A stretch of DNA of 64,000 bases from contig DASCPX010000027.1 of the NCBI GenBank assembly GCA_036012755.1, positions 256,001 to 320,000 of the forward strand, in the 5' to 3' direction. The notes under the pieces were generated by a model. It made no database searches, had not been told where the DNA came from, and was given only the letters and a program-made list of their open reading frames with translations. Of this stretch, positions 19,017 through 28,155 are shown piece after piece; position 1 is the first letter of the stretch; each line of letters starts with the position of its first letter. A program made the translations under genes and the position numbers. This DNA comes from Myxococcota bacterium. GTDB taxonomy: Bacteria; Myxococcota_A; UBA796; CAJQPC01.

Positions 19017-20759
19017 CTACCGCGAGGGCAGCACCAGCGCGTAGCGGCCCTCGCCTTCCTCGATGCGCCCGCCGTGTTCCTGAACCGCGTGGCTCGCCAC
19101 CCAGAAGCCCATGCCAGAGGCCAGCCAGTCGTCGCTGCTCTCGCGCCGCGGGCCGGACAGGGCGAAGCCGAGGCGAGCTTCCCCGCCCTCGACCACCCCG
19201 GACACGGACAGCGTTCCGCCCGGCGCGAGCTGGGCCCGAAGGCTGCCGAGCAGCTGGGCCAGCGCCTGGGCGAGGAGCTTCGGATCGACCTCGACGAAGA
19301 GCGCAACGGCGTGATCGTGCTCGAGCCCGACCCCGACCTCCACGAAGGCGTGGCGTACGAGGGAGACGACCTCGGCGACCAGCGCGTGGAGGTCGATCAC
19401 CTCTCGAGTGGCGCTCCCGGTCTCGCTCGAGAGCCGGTTGAGCGCCGCGACGACCTCGCGGCAGCGCTGGGCTTGCTCCTCCATGCTCGCGAGCATGGCG
19501 TCGTCGGGCCGCTTGGCTCTGAGCAGCTGCGTGAGGCCGAGGATGCCGGCGAGGGGGTTGTTGAGCTCGTGAGCGAGCCCGGCTCCCATCTGGGCGACCG
19601 CGGCGAGACGAGAGGACTGGACCAGGCGCGCGTTGGACTGCTGGAGCTCGCGAGTGCGCATCTCGACGCGTTCCTGGAGTTCCTCGTTCCACCCTTCGAT
19701 CTCGGCGTTCTTCTGTGCGATCAGCTCGCTGGTCGAGTTGAAGACCTCTGCGAGGTCCTGGAGCTCCGCGACGGCGTCGGCGCCGAGCCGGACCGGCTTG
19801 TACTCCCCCCCGCCGAGAGTGCTCGCCGCCCCGCGCAGGGCCACGACCGGGCGCGCGATCTGGCGGGCTGCGACGCCCCCCATTGCACCCACCAGCACCA
19901 TCGCGATGGCGTAGACGAAGAGACTGCGCCGCTGGATCTGGTCCCCGGCGCGGGTGGCGAGGGCCTCTGGAACGGCGACTACCACCGCCCAGTCGGTGCC
20001 ATCGATGGCCTGGAAGGCGGCCATCACCGGCTGACCAGCGCGCTCGTAGCGCAGGTCTCCGGCGAGGTTGCCCTGGAAGGTGCGAGGCAGCTCCGGGTCG
20101 ACGAGCTCGCCGGGATCTCCCAGGATGGCGTCACCGCTCCGGTCTACGAGGACGGCCGCTCCACTGGGCACCGCCTGCTCCAGGAAGTGCCGCTCGACCT
20201 CGGCGAGGCTGACCTCCAGGCCCACGACGACCCCGCGCCGACGGGACGCAACCGCGACCGGCACGACCGAGGGACCGCCCTCGGCGGGGCGATAGATGCG
20301 ACCGAGCGCGAAGCCGTCGGCCAGCGCATCGATGACGGGGAGCTCCTGGCGCAGCCGCTCGGCCCGCTCGGGGCCCACGGGCAGGTGCCGCGACAGGTCT
20401 GAGGGGATGTCCTCGAGCCAGGTCGCTGCTGTCACCTCCGCGCCCTCGGCGTCGAGCATCACGACCACGTTGACCGCGTCGAACTGGCGGTAGAGCACTC
20501 GCTGGAGCCCCTCGCGCTCGTCCGTCGCGAGCGCCTCGACGTCCCAGACCGCGACGGCGAGCTCTGCGGTGCGCACGAGGTCGCGAATCCAGGTCGAGGC
20601 GTAGACCGCAAGCCCGCCAGCCTGTCGGGCATAGAGCTGGCGCGACTGCTCGACGTTGTGGTCTCGCGCGAGCCGGCTGGTCATGTAGCCGGTGAAGACC
20701 AGGGGGAGCAGGGTCGTGAGCCCGATGACCAGGATCAGCCGGACCCTGAGACTCTTCAA
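19017..20759 (-). CDS. Membrane sensor histidine kinase (Cache-like periplasmic domain, HAMP, HisKA) with a degenerate ATPase domain
   Basis: Two TMs, IARPV..L HAMP, AHELNNPL H-box; N and G1 boxes not recognisable. Confidence 0.82.
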   Translation of the reverse strand: MKSLRVRLILVIGLTTLLPLVFTGYMTSRLARDHNVEQSRQLYARQAGGLAVYASTWIRDLVRTAELAVAVWDVEALATDEREGLQRVLYRQFDAVNVVVMLDAEGAEVTAATWLEDIPSDLSRHLPVGPERAERLRQELPVIDALADGFALGRIYRPAEGGPSVVPVAVASRRRGVVVGLEVSLAEVERHFLEQAVPSGAAVLVDRSGDAILGDPGELVDPELPRTFQGNLAGDLRYERAGQPVMAAFQAIDGTDWAVVVAVPEALATRAGDQIQRRSLFVYAIAMVLVGAMGGVAARQIARPVVALRGAASTLGGGEYKPVRLGADAVAELQDLAEVFNSTSELIAQKNAEIEGWNEELQERVEMRTRELQQSNARLVQSSRLAAVAQMGAGLAHELNNPLAGILGLTQLLRAKRPDDAMLASMEEQAQRCREVVAALNRLSSETGSATREVIDLHALVAEVVSLVRHAFVEVGVGLEHDHAVALFVEVDPKLLAQALAQLLGSLRAQLAPGGTLSVSGVVEGGEARLGFALSGPRRESSDDWLASGMGFWVASHAVQEHGGRIEEGEGRYALVLPSR

Positions 20760-21931
20760 TCGCGCTCCACAGGGAAGCGCATCGTGAAGACGGTCCCGGA
20801 CCCTTCGACGGACTCGACGGAGATCTGGCCGCGGTACTTCGTCACGATGCGGTAGACGATGTTCAGGCCGAGGCCAGTCCCCTTCCCCGGTGCCTTGGTC
20901 GTGTAGAAGGGGTCGAAGACCAGCCCGACCTTGGCCGGGGCGATGCCGGGTCCGTTGTCCTCCACCCGCGCCCAGACGTGGTCCTCGGCCTTGCCAGCGG
21001 TGACCGCGACGCGGCCGCTGCCGTCCTCGCGATGCTGGCCGACGGCCTCGACGGCGTTCTTCACGAGGTTGACGAAGACCTGCTGGACCTCGTTCGTGCG
21101 GGCGTTGAGGTAGCTCTCCGCCTCCACCTCGGCGCTCAGGGTCACCCCGGCGCAGTCGCTGCTGCGCTCGACGAGCCGGATCGCGTCGGCGACGACCTTC
21201 GAGAGCTCGACGGTCGTGAGGTACTCGGCGCTGCTGGCGCGAGAGTAGCTCGAGAGCTCCACGACGATGTCGCGGACGCTGCGGGAATACTCCACGATCT
21301 CAGAGGCATAGTCGTGGCAGAGCTTGACCTCGTCCTCCTCGCCGATCGCCTCGGCCAGCCCCATGATGCCGAACAGCGGAGAGCTGATCTCGTGGGCGAT
21401 GCCAGCGGCGAGCGTGCCGATGCCCGCGAGCTTCTCGGACTGGATCAGCTCCGCCTGGAGCTTTCGGGACTCGGCCAGGGCCGCTTCGAGCTCGGTGTTC
21501 TTTCGCTGCATCTCGAGCAGGAGCCGTCGGTTCTCGACCCGGATGTCCTGCTTCTCGCAGGCCCGCTGCACCTTCTTCTTGATCTCGAAGACGTTGTTGA
21601 GCGGCTTGAGGACGTAGTCGAAGGCGTCCAGCTCGATCGCGGTGAGCGCCGTGTCGAGGCTCGCGTATCCGGTGATGATGATGACCTCTGCGAGGTCGTT
21701 GACGTCCTTTGCGAAGCGCAAGAGCTCCAAGCCGTTGACGTCAGGGAGGTTCTTGTCCGTGAGCAGGATGTCGACGCCCTCTGTGCGCATCGTCTCCATG
21801 GCCTGCTTGCCGTTTTGGCAGGTCGTGACCGCGTACGGGCCGTCCTCGAAGACGGCATGCAGGATCTGGAGGATGACAGGCTCGTCGTCGACGATGACGA
21901 GCCGCTTCTCGCTGGGCTGCTGCACCATCAC
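20756..21931 (-). CDS. Hybrid REC-histidine kinase
   Basis: IVDDE, TDKNLPD, ITG, LKP receiver; AHEISSPL, NLVKNA, DNGPGI, FDPFYTTK, GTGLGL. Confidence 0.93.
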   Translation of the reverse strand: MMVQQPSEKRLVIVDDEPVILQILHAVFEDGPYAVTTCQNGKQAMETMRTEGVDILLTDKNLPDVNGLELLRFAKDVNDLAEVIIITGYASLDTALTAIELDAFDYVLKPLNNVFEIKKKVQRACEKQDIRVENRRLLLEMQRKNTELEAALAESRKLQAELIQSEKLAGIGTLAAGIAHEISSPLFGIMGLAEAIGEEDEVKLCHDYASEIVEYSRSVRDIVVELSSYSRASSAEYLTTVELSKVVADAIRLVERSSDCAGVTLSAEVEAESYLNARTNEVQQVFVNLVKNAVEAVGQHREDGSGRVAVTAGKAEDHVWARVEDNGPGIAPAKVGLVFDPFYTTKAPGKGTGLGLNIVYRIVTKYRGQISVESVEGSGTVFTMRFPVERD

Positions 21932-21988
21932 TCCGGGGCGCGCCCGAACTTATCACTGTTGACTGATGCGAAGGTGCGTTCCGCCGAT

Positions 21989-22016
21989 TTGACAGCTAAG
22001 TGGCCTGCGGTAATGT
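21989..22016 (+). promoter_or_regulatory. Probable sigma70 promoter for the 22038 lipoprotein gene
   Basis: TTGACA-N16-TAATGT in the AT-richer divergent spacer. Confidence 0.45.
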
Positions 22017-22037
22017 CATCGGCAGTTGGAGCGCAGA

Positions 22038-22604
22038 ATGCGGATGTTCGTAGCGGTTGGACTACTGGCTTTGTCGGCCTGCAAGACCGGCAAGGGAGGT
22101 GGGGACACAGTGGACCCCGACCTCGTTCGCCCCTACGTCGAGAGGCCGGCCGAGGACGGGCTCACGCTCGTCGAGATCGACCTCAACAGCGACGGGCGCG
22201 CCGATGTCTACAACTACTACCGGGAGCGCTCGCAGGCTTCCCGCCTGCTGGTGAAGCGAGAGGTCGACCTGAACTGGGACGGCCGGATCGACGTCGTCAG
22301 CTTCTACGACGAGACGGGCACGCTCATCCGCGAGGAGATGGACGGCGACTTCGACGGCCAGGTCGAGTGGATCGACCACTACCAGGGTGGTCGGCGCGTG
22401 ATGAGCGAGGTCGACACCGAGTTCGACGGTCGCTACGACCTCTACAAGTTCTACGAGAACGACCGCGTCCGGCGGAAGGAACGCGACACGACCGGCGACG
22501 GCAAGATCGACTACTGGGAGTACTTCGGCGACGACGGGGCCGTCGTGAAGACAGGCCGGGACCTCGACGGCGACGGCCAGATGGACGTCAGGGACGATCT
22601 CTAG
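22038..22604 (+). CDS. Lipoprotein with six DxxxDG (calcium-blade-like) repeats
   Basis: MRMFVAVGLLALSAC lipobox; DLNSDG, DLNWDG, DGDFDG, DTEFDG, DTTGDG, DLDGDG. Confidence 0.8.
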   Translation: MRMFVAVGLLALSACKTGKGGGDTVDPDLVRPYVERPAEDGLTLVEIDLNSDGRADVYNYYRERSQASRLLVKREVDLNWDGRIDVVSFYDETGTLIREEMDGDFDGQVEWIDHYQGGRRVMSEVDTEFDGRYDLYKFYENDRVRRKERDTTGDGKIDYWEYFGDDGAVVKTGRDLDGDGQMDVRDDL

Positions 22605-23388
22605 GGGACCGCAGTTGCGCCAGGGTCCGCTCCAGGGGCACGGCCGGTGACCAACCCAGCGCCTGCGCCTTGTTCGCCGAGCCGTACAGCACCGGGGCGG
22701 CGTGCTGGCGCCACCGAGCGGGATCCGGCTCGGGCTCGCCACCGCTGACCAGGCGGAGCAGGTCGACCAGCTTCCGCGGGACGCCAGAGCAGAGGTTGTA
22801 GGCCTCTCCCGCTCGGCCTCGCTCGGCGAGCAGGAGCACTCCTGCGGCGACATCGCGAACGTCCAGGTAGTCCCGAGACAGGCCCACGTTCCCGCAGCGG
22901 ATGCGACTCTGGCCTCTTCGCCCCTGCTCGGCCCACTCCGCCAGCGCGAGGTCCTGCGGCTGCCCGAGCCCGGTGAAGTTGAAGGGGCGCACGACGATGG
23001 CGCGCTCGGCGACGACGCGCTCGGCCGCCAGCTTGCTGCTCGCGTAGACGCCGCGGGGCGCGAGCGGGTGGTCCTCGGTGACTGGGAGGAACCGGGGGAG
23101 GCCATAGACGTGGCAGGTGCTGACAAAGACCATGACCGCACCCGGCTTCAGGGCCTCCAACACGTTGCGGGTCCCATTGACGTTGACCATCGTGGTCTCG
23201 AGGGGGTCCTTCTCCGCTCGCCGGGGCGACGTCTGGGCCGCGAGGTGGAAGACACGGTCATAGTCGCCGACGACCGAGCAGTCATCGGTCACGTCGAGCT
23301 CGGCCCGGCTCGGGGCATCGGCACCCGGGACCAGCGCGCGGAGGTAGCCGGCGAGGAAACCGGAGCCCCCCGTGATCAGCGTCTTCAC
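22588..23388 (-). CDS. rmd: NDP-sugar SDR, probable GDP-4-keto-6-deoxymannose reductase (Rmd-like)
   Basis: GTG 23388 overlaps the gmd stop; ITGGSGF, HLAA, YASSK, RPFNFTG.GQ, RDYLDVRDV; next to gmd. Confidence 0.7.
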   Translation of the reverse strand: MKTLITGGSGFLAGYLRALVPGADAPSRAELDVTDDCSVVGDYDRVFHLAAQTSPRRAEKDPLETTMVNVNGTRNVLEALKPGAVMVFVSTCHVYGLPRFLPVTEDHPLAPRGVYASSKLAAERVVAERAIVVRPFNFTGLGQPQDLALAEWAEQGRRGQSRIRCGNVGLSRDYLDVRDVAAGVLLLAERGRAGEAYNLCSGVPRKLVDLLRLVSGGEPEPDPARWRQHAAPVLYGSANKAQALGWSPAVPLERTLAQLRSPRDRP

Positions 23389-24338
23389 GCCAGTCTCGCC
23401 AGTTCCGCCTCGACCATCATCCGGACCAGACCCGCGAAGTCCACGCTGGGCTCCCAACCGAGCGCCTCCCGGGCTCGAGAGGCGTCGCCGCGAAGACGAA
23501 CGACCTCGTTTCGCCGGTGGAGCCTGTCTGTCAGCACGACGTGCTCCTTCCAGTCGAGATCGACGACCTCGAAGGCGGTCCGCACGAGGTCCTCGACCGA
23601 GTGATTCACGCCCGTCGCGACCACGTAGGTACCAGGGCTGCGCCGGAGCATGGCCTGCATCGCGCGTGTGTAGTCGCTCGCAAACCCCCAGTCACGCCGG
23701 GGTGATAGGTTGCCGAGTGTGAGGTGTGACATCAAGCCGAGCTTGATCTTGGCCGCGCCGTTGGCGACTTTGCGGGTGACGAACTCGAGCCCCCGGCGAG
23801 GCGACTCGTGGTTGAAGAGGATGCCGCTGACGACGAACAGCCCGTAGACCTTGCCGTAGTTGAGCACCATGTGGTGGGCGTAGACCTTGGCGCAGGCATA
23901 GGGGCTCGCCGGCGCGAGGGGGGTGTCCTCGTTCTGGGGGCAGTCCACGCTGTTTCCGAACATCTCGCTCGAGCTGGCCTGGTAGAACCGGGCCGACGGG
24001 TGCACGCGACGGATGGCCTCCAGCAGCCGCACGGGGCCGAGTCCGGTCACCTCTGCCGTCAACAGCGGCTGCTGCCACGACACGGGCACGAAGGACTGGG
24101 CGGCGAGGTTGTAGACCTCGTCCGGTCGGAACTCCTCGACGATGTCGATGAGCGAGCCCGGATCATGGAGATCAGCGCAGTGGAGCGTGATGCGGTCGAG
24201 CAGGTGCTCTATGCGCCAGAAGTTGTCCGCGGACAGCTGGCGGTACAGACCGACGACCCGCACACCCCTGTCGAGCAGCTGCTCGGCGAGGTAGGAGCCG
24301 TCCTGCCCAGTGATGCCGGTGACGAGGGCGGTGGTCAT
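23385..24338 (-). CDS. gmd: GDP-mannose 4,6-dehydratase
   Basis: ALVTGITGQDGSYLAE, YNLAAQSFV, FYQASSSEMFG, SPYACAK, NHESPRRG.EFVTRK, RDWG. Confidence 0.96.
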   Translation of the reverse strand: MTTALVTGITGQDGSYLAEQLLDRGVRVVGLYRQLSADNFWRIEHLLDRITLHCADLHDPGSLIDIVEEFRPDEVYNLAAQSFVPVSWQQPLLTAEVTGLGPVRLLEAIRRVHPSARFYQASSSEMFGNSVDCPQNEDTPLAPASPYACAKVYAHHMVLNYGKVYGLFVVSGILFNHESPRRGLEFVTRKVANGAAKIKLGLMSHLTLGNLSPRRDWGFASDYTRAMQAMLRRSPGTYVVATGVNHSVEDLVRTAFEVVDLDWKEHVVLTDRLHRRNEVVRLRGDASRAREALGWEPSVDFAGLVRMMVEAELARLA

Positions 24339-24712
24339 TCGCGGGCGTCGATCTCCCGGGTATGCGTCACGGTGTTCTCGCCCTCCCCAAACCACTCGAT
24401 GGTGAACTTCGCAGGGCGCTCCGGGTCCGCGTAGACGACCGGGGAGTAGCAGAATTCAGCGTCACCGCCGGACTCGCTGGTCCAGGCCTCGTAGACGGTG
24501 ATGAGCTGACCGTCCGCGATGATCTCCGGGTCGAAGAAAGCGTCCTCGGCCTGGTAGACGCCGAGGCGCTGGATGACGACCCGGTCACCTTCCATGTGTA
24601 CGTCGAGGCTCGGGTCCTCCGGGTTGTCGAAGTCCCAGTTCTCACAAGGGGGCGTGTCCGTGCTCAGGGTCACGTCTCCAGCGCCGCAGCCCAGCATCAG
24701 GGCGAAGATCAT
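24335..24712 (-). CDS. Small hypothetical lipoprotein
   Basis: GGAGG-N4-ATG at 24712; MIFALMLGC; acidic; stop overlaps the gmd start. Confidence 0.65.
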   Translation of the reverse strand: MIFALMLGCGAGDVTLSTDTPPCENWDFDNPEDPSLDVHMEGDRVVIQRLGVYQAEDAFFDPEIIADGQLITVYEAWTSESGGDAEFCYSPVVYADPERPAKFTIEWFGEGENTVTHTREIDARE

Positions 24713-24744
24713 GCTTCCTCCATCGCGCCGAGAGCATAGCCGGC

Positions 24745-25815
24745 TCACAGCACCTCGTTGAGATCCCGCTCCTCGAGGACCTCGATCACTTCCCTCACCC
24801 GCTGTGCCTGGTCCTTGCGACAGACCAACAGCGCGTCCCCGGTGTCGACCACGATGAGGTCTTCGACGCCGACGAGCGCGACGACCTTGCCAGGCGCGTG
24901 CACGATGTTGCCGCTGCTGTCGACCGCGACGATCGGATCTGCCACGCCGCGCCCACCTGCAATCCGCGGGAGGTGCTCAGCGAGCGCCGGCCAACTCCCG
25001 ACGTCGCTCCAGCCCAGCTCCGCGCGCACGGTGAGGACGTGGCGACTGCGCTCCATGATGCCGTAGTCGATGGAGATCGCGTCCATCTGCGGGTAGAGCC
25101 GAGCCAGGTCAGCCGGCTCGTAGCGGAGGCGTTCCAGGAGCGCCCACGTCTTCGGCAGGTGCTGCCTGAAGGCGTCTCGTGCAGCCTCGACCGTGAAGAC
25201 GAACATCCCGGCGTTCCAGAGATAGTCGCCGCTGGCGAGGTACTCCGCGGCGGTCGCGGCGTTCGGCTTCTCCACGAAGCGCCGGACGCGCAGGAAGTCG
25301 TGGGCCTCGAACTCCCCCAGGGTGCCGCCACATCTCAGGTAGCCGTAGCCGGTCTCTGCCCGGGTGGGCTGCAGGCCGATGGTGACCAGGGCGTTGGTCG
25401 CTCGGGCCGCAGCAGCGCAAGCGCGAAGGACGCCCAGGAACTCCTCCTCGTCCTCGATGATGTGGTCGCTAGGCAGCACGGCGACCACCGCCGTCTCACC
25501 GACGGAGCGACGCGCGATGTCCATGCACCCCCACCCCACGGCGGGGGCGGTGTTGCGGCCCACCGGCTCGACGAGGAAGTTCTCTCCTGGCAGCTCGGGC
25601 AGCTGCGCGATGACCGTCTCGGCCATGTCCCAGCTGGTCACCACGAGGATGCGCTCCGCCGGCAGCAGCGGCCGAATGCGGTCGACGGTCTGCTGGATCA
25701 AGGTGCGCTCGGTGCCCAGCGCGATGCATTGCTTGGGCGTTCTGCGGCGCGAGCGAGGCCAGAAGCGGGTCCCGCGCCCTCCGGCGATGACGAGCGCGTA
25801 GAGGTGGTCGTTCAC
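24745..25815 (-). CDS. manC: Mannose-1-phosphate guanylyltransferase
   Basis: GTG 25815; IAGGRGTRFWP.SR...PKQ, EPVGRNTAPA, PSDH, TGYGY, FVEKP, WNAGMF, SIDY.IME, WSDVGSW. Confidence 0.94.
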   Translation of the reverse strand: MNDHLYALVIAGGRGTRFWPRSRRRTPKQCIALGTERTLIQQTVDRIRPLLPAERILVVTSWDMAETVIAQLPELPGENFLVEPVGRNTAPAVGWGCMDIARRSVGETAVVAVLPSDHIIEDEEEFLGVLRACAAAARATNALVTIGLQPTRAETGYGYLRCGGTLGEFEAHDFLRVRRFVEKPNAATAAEYLASGDYLWNAGMFVFTVEAARDAFRQHLPKTWALLERLRYEPADLARLYPQMDAISIDYGIMERSRHVLTVRAELGWSDVGSWPALAEHLPRIAGGRGVADPIVAVDSSGNIVHAPGKVVALVGVEDLIVVDTGDALLVCRKDQAQRVREVIEVLEERDLNEVL

Positions 25816-26270
25816 GCGAAGTGCTCCGGGTGAAGCTGGCGCGCCGCCTCGTAGCAGACGACCGCTACGGCATTCGCGAGGTTGAGGCTGCGCACCGCGC
25901 CAAGCATGGGCACATGGTACGCGCCCCGACGCTGCACGAGCCCGCGCGGCAGTCCGGCGGACTCGCAGCCGAACAGCAGCACGTCTTCGTCCCTGAACTC
26001 CACGCGGGTGAAGGGCGCCGCACCTCGGGCCGAGAAGAGGTGCACACGACGCCCGGCGGCCCAGTCCCAGAAGGCCTCTTCGGAGTCGTGTTCCTGGAGA
26101 TCGACCTGCCTCCAGTGGTCGATCCCGCTGCGCCGAACCTGCTTCTCGTCGGTGGAGAAGCCCAGCGGGTGGACCAGGTGGAGCTTCGCTCGAAGTCCGA
26201 CGCACAGGCGACCGATGTTGCCCGTGTTGCCCGGGATCTCGGGCGTCAGGAGCGCGACGTGGAGGCTCAG
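25812..26270 (-). CDS. trmL: tRNA (cytidine/uridine-34 2'-O)-methyltransferase TrmL; probable CTG start
   Basis: PEIPGNTGNIGRLC, LHLVHPLGF, RRSGIDHW, LLFG.ES.GLP, RSLNLAN; start uncertain. Confidence 0.9.
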   Translation of the reverse strand: MSLHVALLTPEIPGNTGNIGRLCVGLRAKLHLVHPLGFSTDEKQVRRSGIDHWRQVDLQEHDSEEAFWDWAAGRRVHLFSARGAAPFTRVEFRDEDVLLFGCESAGLPRGLVQRRGAYHVPMLGAVRSLNLANAVAVVCYEAARQLHPEHFA

Positions 26271-26878
26271 GCCTCGGCCGTCTCGGAGGGCTGGACGAAG
26301 GACCCGATGATCACCCGCGCCGGACGGATGACCCGCGTCCCGACCCGGTAGCCGACATCGAAGACCTGCACGACGCACCCATCGAGGGCCTCGTCATCCA
26401 CGGGCATCATGGTCAGCGCCTCGTGCACGCCGGGGTCGAAGATCTCCCCTTCCACGCCGACCGCCTCGAGGCCCAGGTTCGCGAAGCCGTCGTTGAAGGC
26501 CTTCTCGACGAGCACGAGCCCCTCGAGCACCGACTCCTCGACGCCGCCGCGTCGCATGGACTCGATGCTGCGGCGCAGGTTCTCCAGTGGCTCGAAGAGC
26601 TTGGAGACCACGTCTCCACGGAGGATCTCCTCCTTGAGGGCCTGCTGCCGCTCGAGGCGCATCTTGAAGGCCTGCATCTCCTCCTGCAGGTCCCGGTATG
26701 CCTTGCTGACGGTGCGGAGGCGGGCCTTGGTGTCGTTGAGCTCCTGCTGCAGCTCGGCGAAGGGATCGATGATCAGCTCGACAACCTCGCCCTCGATCTC
26801 TTCGCCGCCATCGGCAGGCTCGGTCTGCTCGACGGCCTCTTCGACCTCGGGTTCGGTGCGCTCTTCGGTGCCAGACAT
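26267..26878 (-). CDS. grpE: Nucleotide exchange factor GrpE
   Basis: Acidic N-terminus, coiled coil, FDPGVHEA, V.QV...GY.VG.RVIRPARV. Confidence 0.9.
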   Translation of the reverse strand: MSGTEERTEPEVEEAVEQTEPADGGEEIEGEVVELIIDPFAELQQELNDTKARLRTVSKAYRDLQEEMQAFKMRLERQQALKEEILRGDVVSKLFEPLENLRRSIESMRRGGVEESVLEGLVLVEKAFNDGFANLGLEAVGVEGEIFDPGVHEALTMMPVDDEALDGCVVQVFDVGYRVGTRVIRPARVIIGSFVQPSETAEA

Positions 26879-26913
26879 CCGCTCACCTCCGGAGTCGCAT
26901 TACTAACCACCCC

Positions 26914-28155
26914 ATGGACGACAAGCAGACGCGGTTGATGACCATCCTCGCGGTGGTCCTTGTTGGACTGGTCCTGGCGATTCGCTTCGTCGAGCCACCA
27001 GATGAGCAGGAGGACGACGACAGCCCCGTGCTCGTCGACCTCGTCGAGCTGGAGCTGGAGGACGTCCAGTCACTCCGGCTCACGACCGAGGAGGGCAGCG
27101 TCACCGCAGAGAGGACGATGAGCGGGTGGCTCCTGAGCGAGCCCGATCCCGCCCGGGGCAATGGCGAAGCCCTCGACGAGCTCGTCGAGACCCTCGCCCG
27201 TCTCCAGGTGGAGCCCCCGATGGAGGGGGCGGACGCGAGCAAGTACGGCTTCGACGCGCCAGAGGCCACCATGCGGGTGGGGACCGCGAGCGGGGAGCAC
27301 CTCTTCGAGCTGGGGATGGAGAGCCCCGTCGGGTTCAAGACCTATGTCCGTCTCGACGGCGGCGATGTCCAGGTGGCCGCGGGTCGCCCCAAGCGCAGCA
27401 TCGTGCGCCCCCTCGAGAGCTTCCGTGATCGCCAGGTCCACGCCGTAGCCGCCCCGCTCATCGACGCGCTGCGCTGGTCCCCGGTCGAGGGCGAAGGCTG
27501 GTCCGTCGAGCGCCGCGACGGTGGGTGGTGGCTGGACGATGGGCGCCGAGCCAGCGACGCCCGGCTCCAGGGGCTGCTCGCGGCGGTCGACTCCCTCCAG
27601 TACGAGATCTTCTACCCGGAGCGCGGCGAGGACCCCTTCCCCTCCGAGCTGGCCCTGCGAGACGCCACCGGCGAGGCGATCTTCGGCTTTGGCGAGCTCG
27701 TCGGCGGCGGCATCCTGTTGCGCGGTCCGGACGGGACGGTCGGCACGATCGGATCCTGGGACACCCTCCAGCCTGCAGCAGCGGACCTGCTGGAGACACG
27801 CCTGCTCGCCGCCAGCCCCGCCTGGCTGTCCGAGCTCCACCTGAGCCTGGACGGGGTGGAAGCCACCTGGACGAAGGGTGACACCGGCTGGCTGCGCGAC
27901 GGAGTCGAGGACCCCCTCGCGATGCCGTCGATGCTCGTGCTCGAGCTCGAGGCCGACCGCGGCCTGGTCGGCGAGGACTTCGAGACTCGGACCGGCTTCA
28001 TCCGGGCAGGCGGCAATGGGCAGCTCGTCGAGGTCGTCCTCGGTCCAGCCACGGAGGGCGGGCGCTGGGCCCGCGAGGCCGGTGGTCCCAGCTTCCTGGT
28101 CCCGCAGCCGAGCCTCGACCGCCTCGCCTCGGCGCTGAGCAGCCCTGTTCAGTAG
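26914..28155 (+). CDS. DUF4340-like membrane-anchored protein
   Basis: N-terminal TM; W.L.EP, SKYGFD.P, G..SPVG..TYV, FRDR motifs repeated in tandem domains. Confidence 0.7.
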   Translation: MDDKQTRLMTILAVVLVGLVLAIRFVEPPDEQEDDDSPVLVDLVELELEDVQSLRLTTEEGSVTAERTMSGWLLSEPDPARGNGEALDELVETLARLQVEPPMEGADASKYGFDAPEATMRVGTASGEHLFELGMESPVGFKTYVRLDGGDVQVAAGRPKRSIVRPLESFRDRQVHAVAAPLIDALRWSPVEGEGWSVERRDGGWWLDDGRRASDARLQGLLAAVDSLQYEIFYPERGEDPFPSELALRDATGEAIFGFGELVGGGILLRGPDGTVGTIGSWDTLQPAAADLLETRLLAASPAWLSELHLSLDGVEATWTKGDTGWLRDGVEDPLAMPSMLVLELEADRGLVGEDFETRTGFIRAGGNGQLVEVVLGPATEGGRWAREAGGPSFLVPQPSLDRLASALSSPVQ

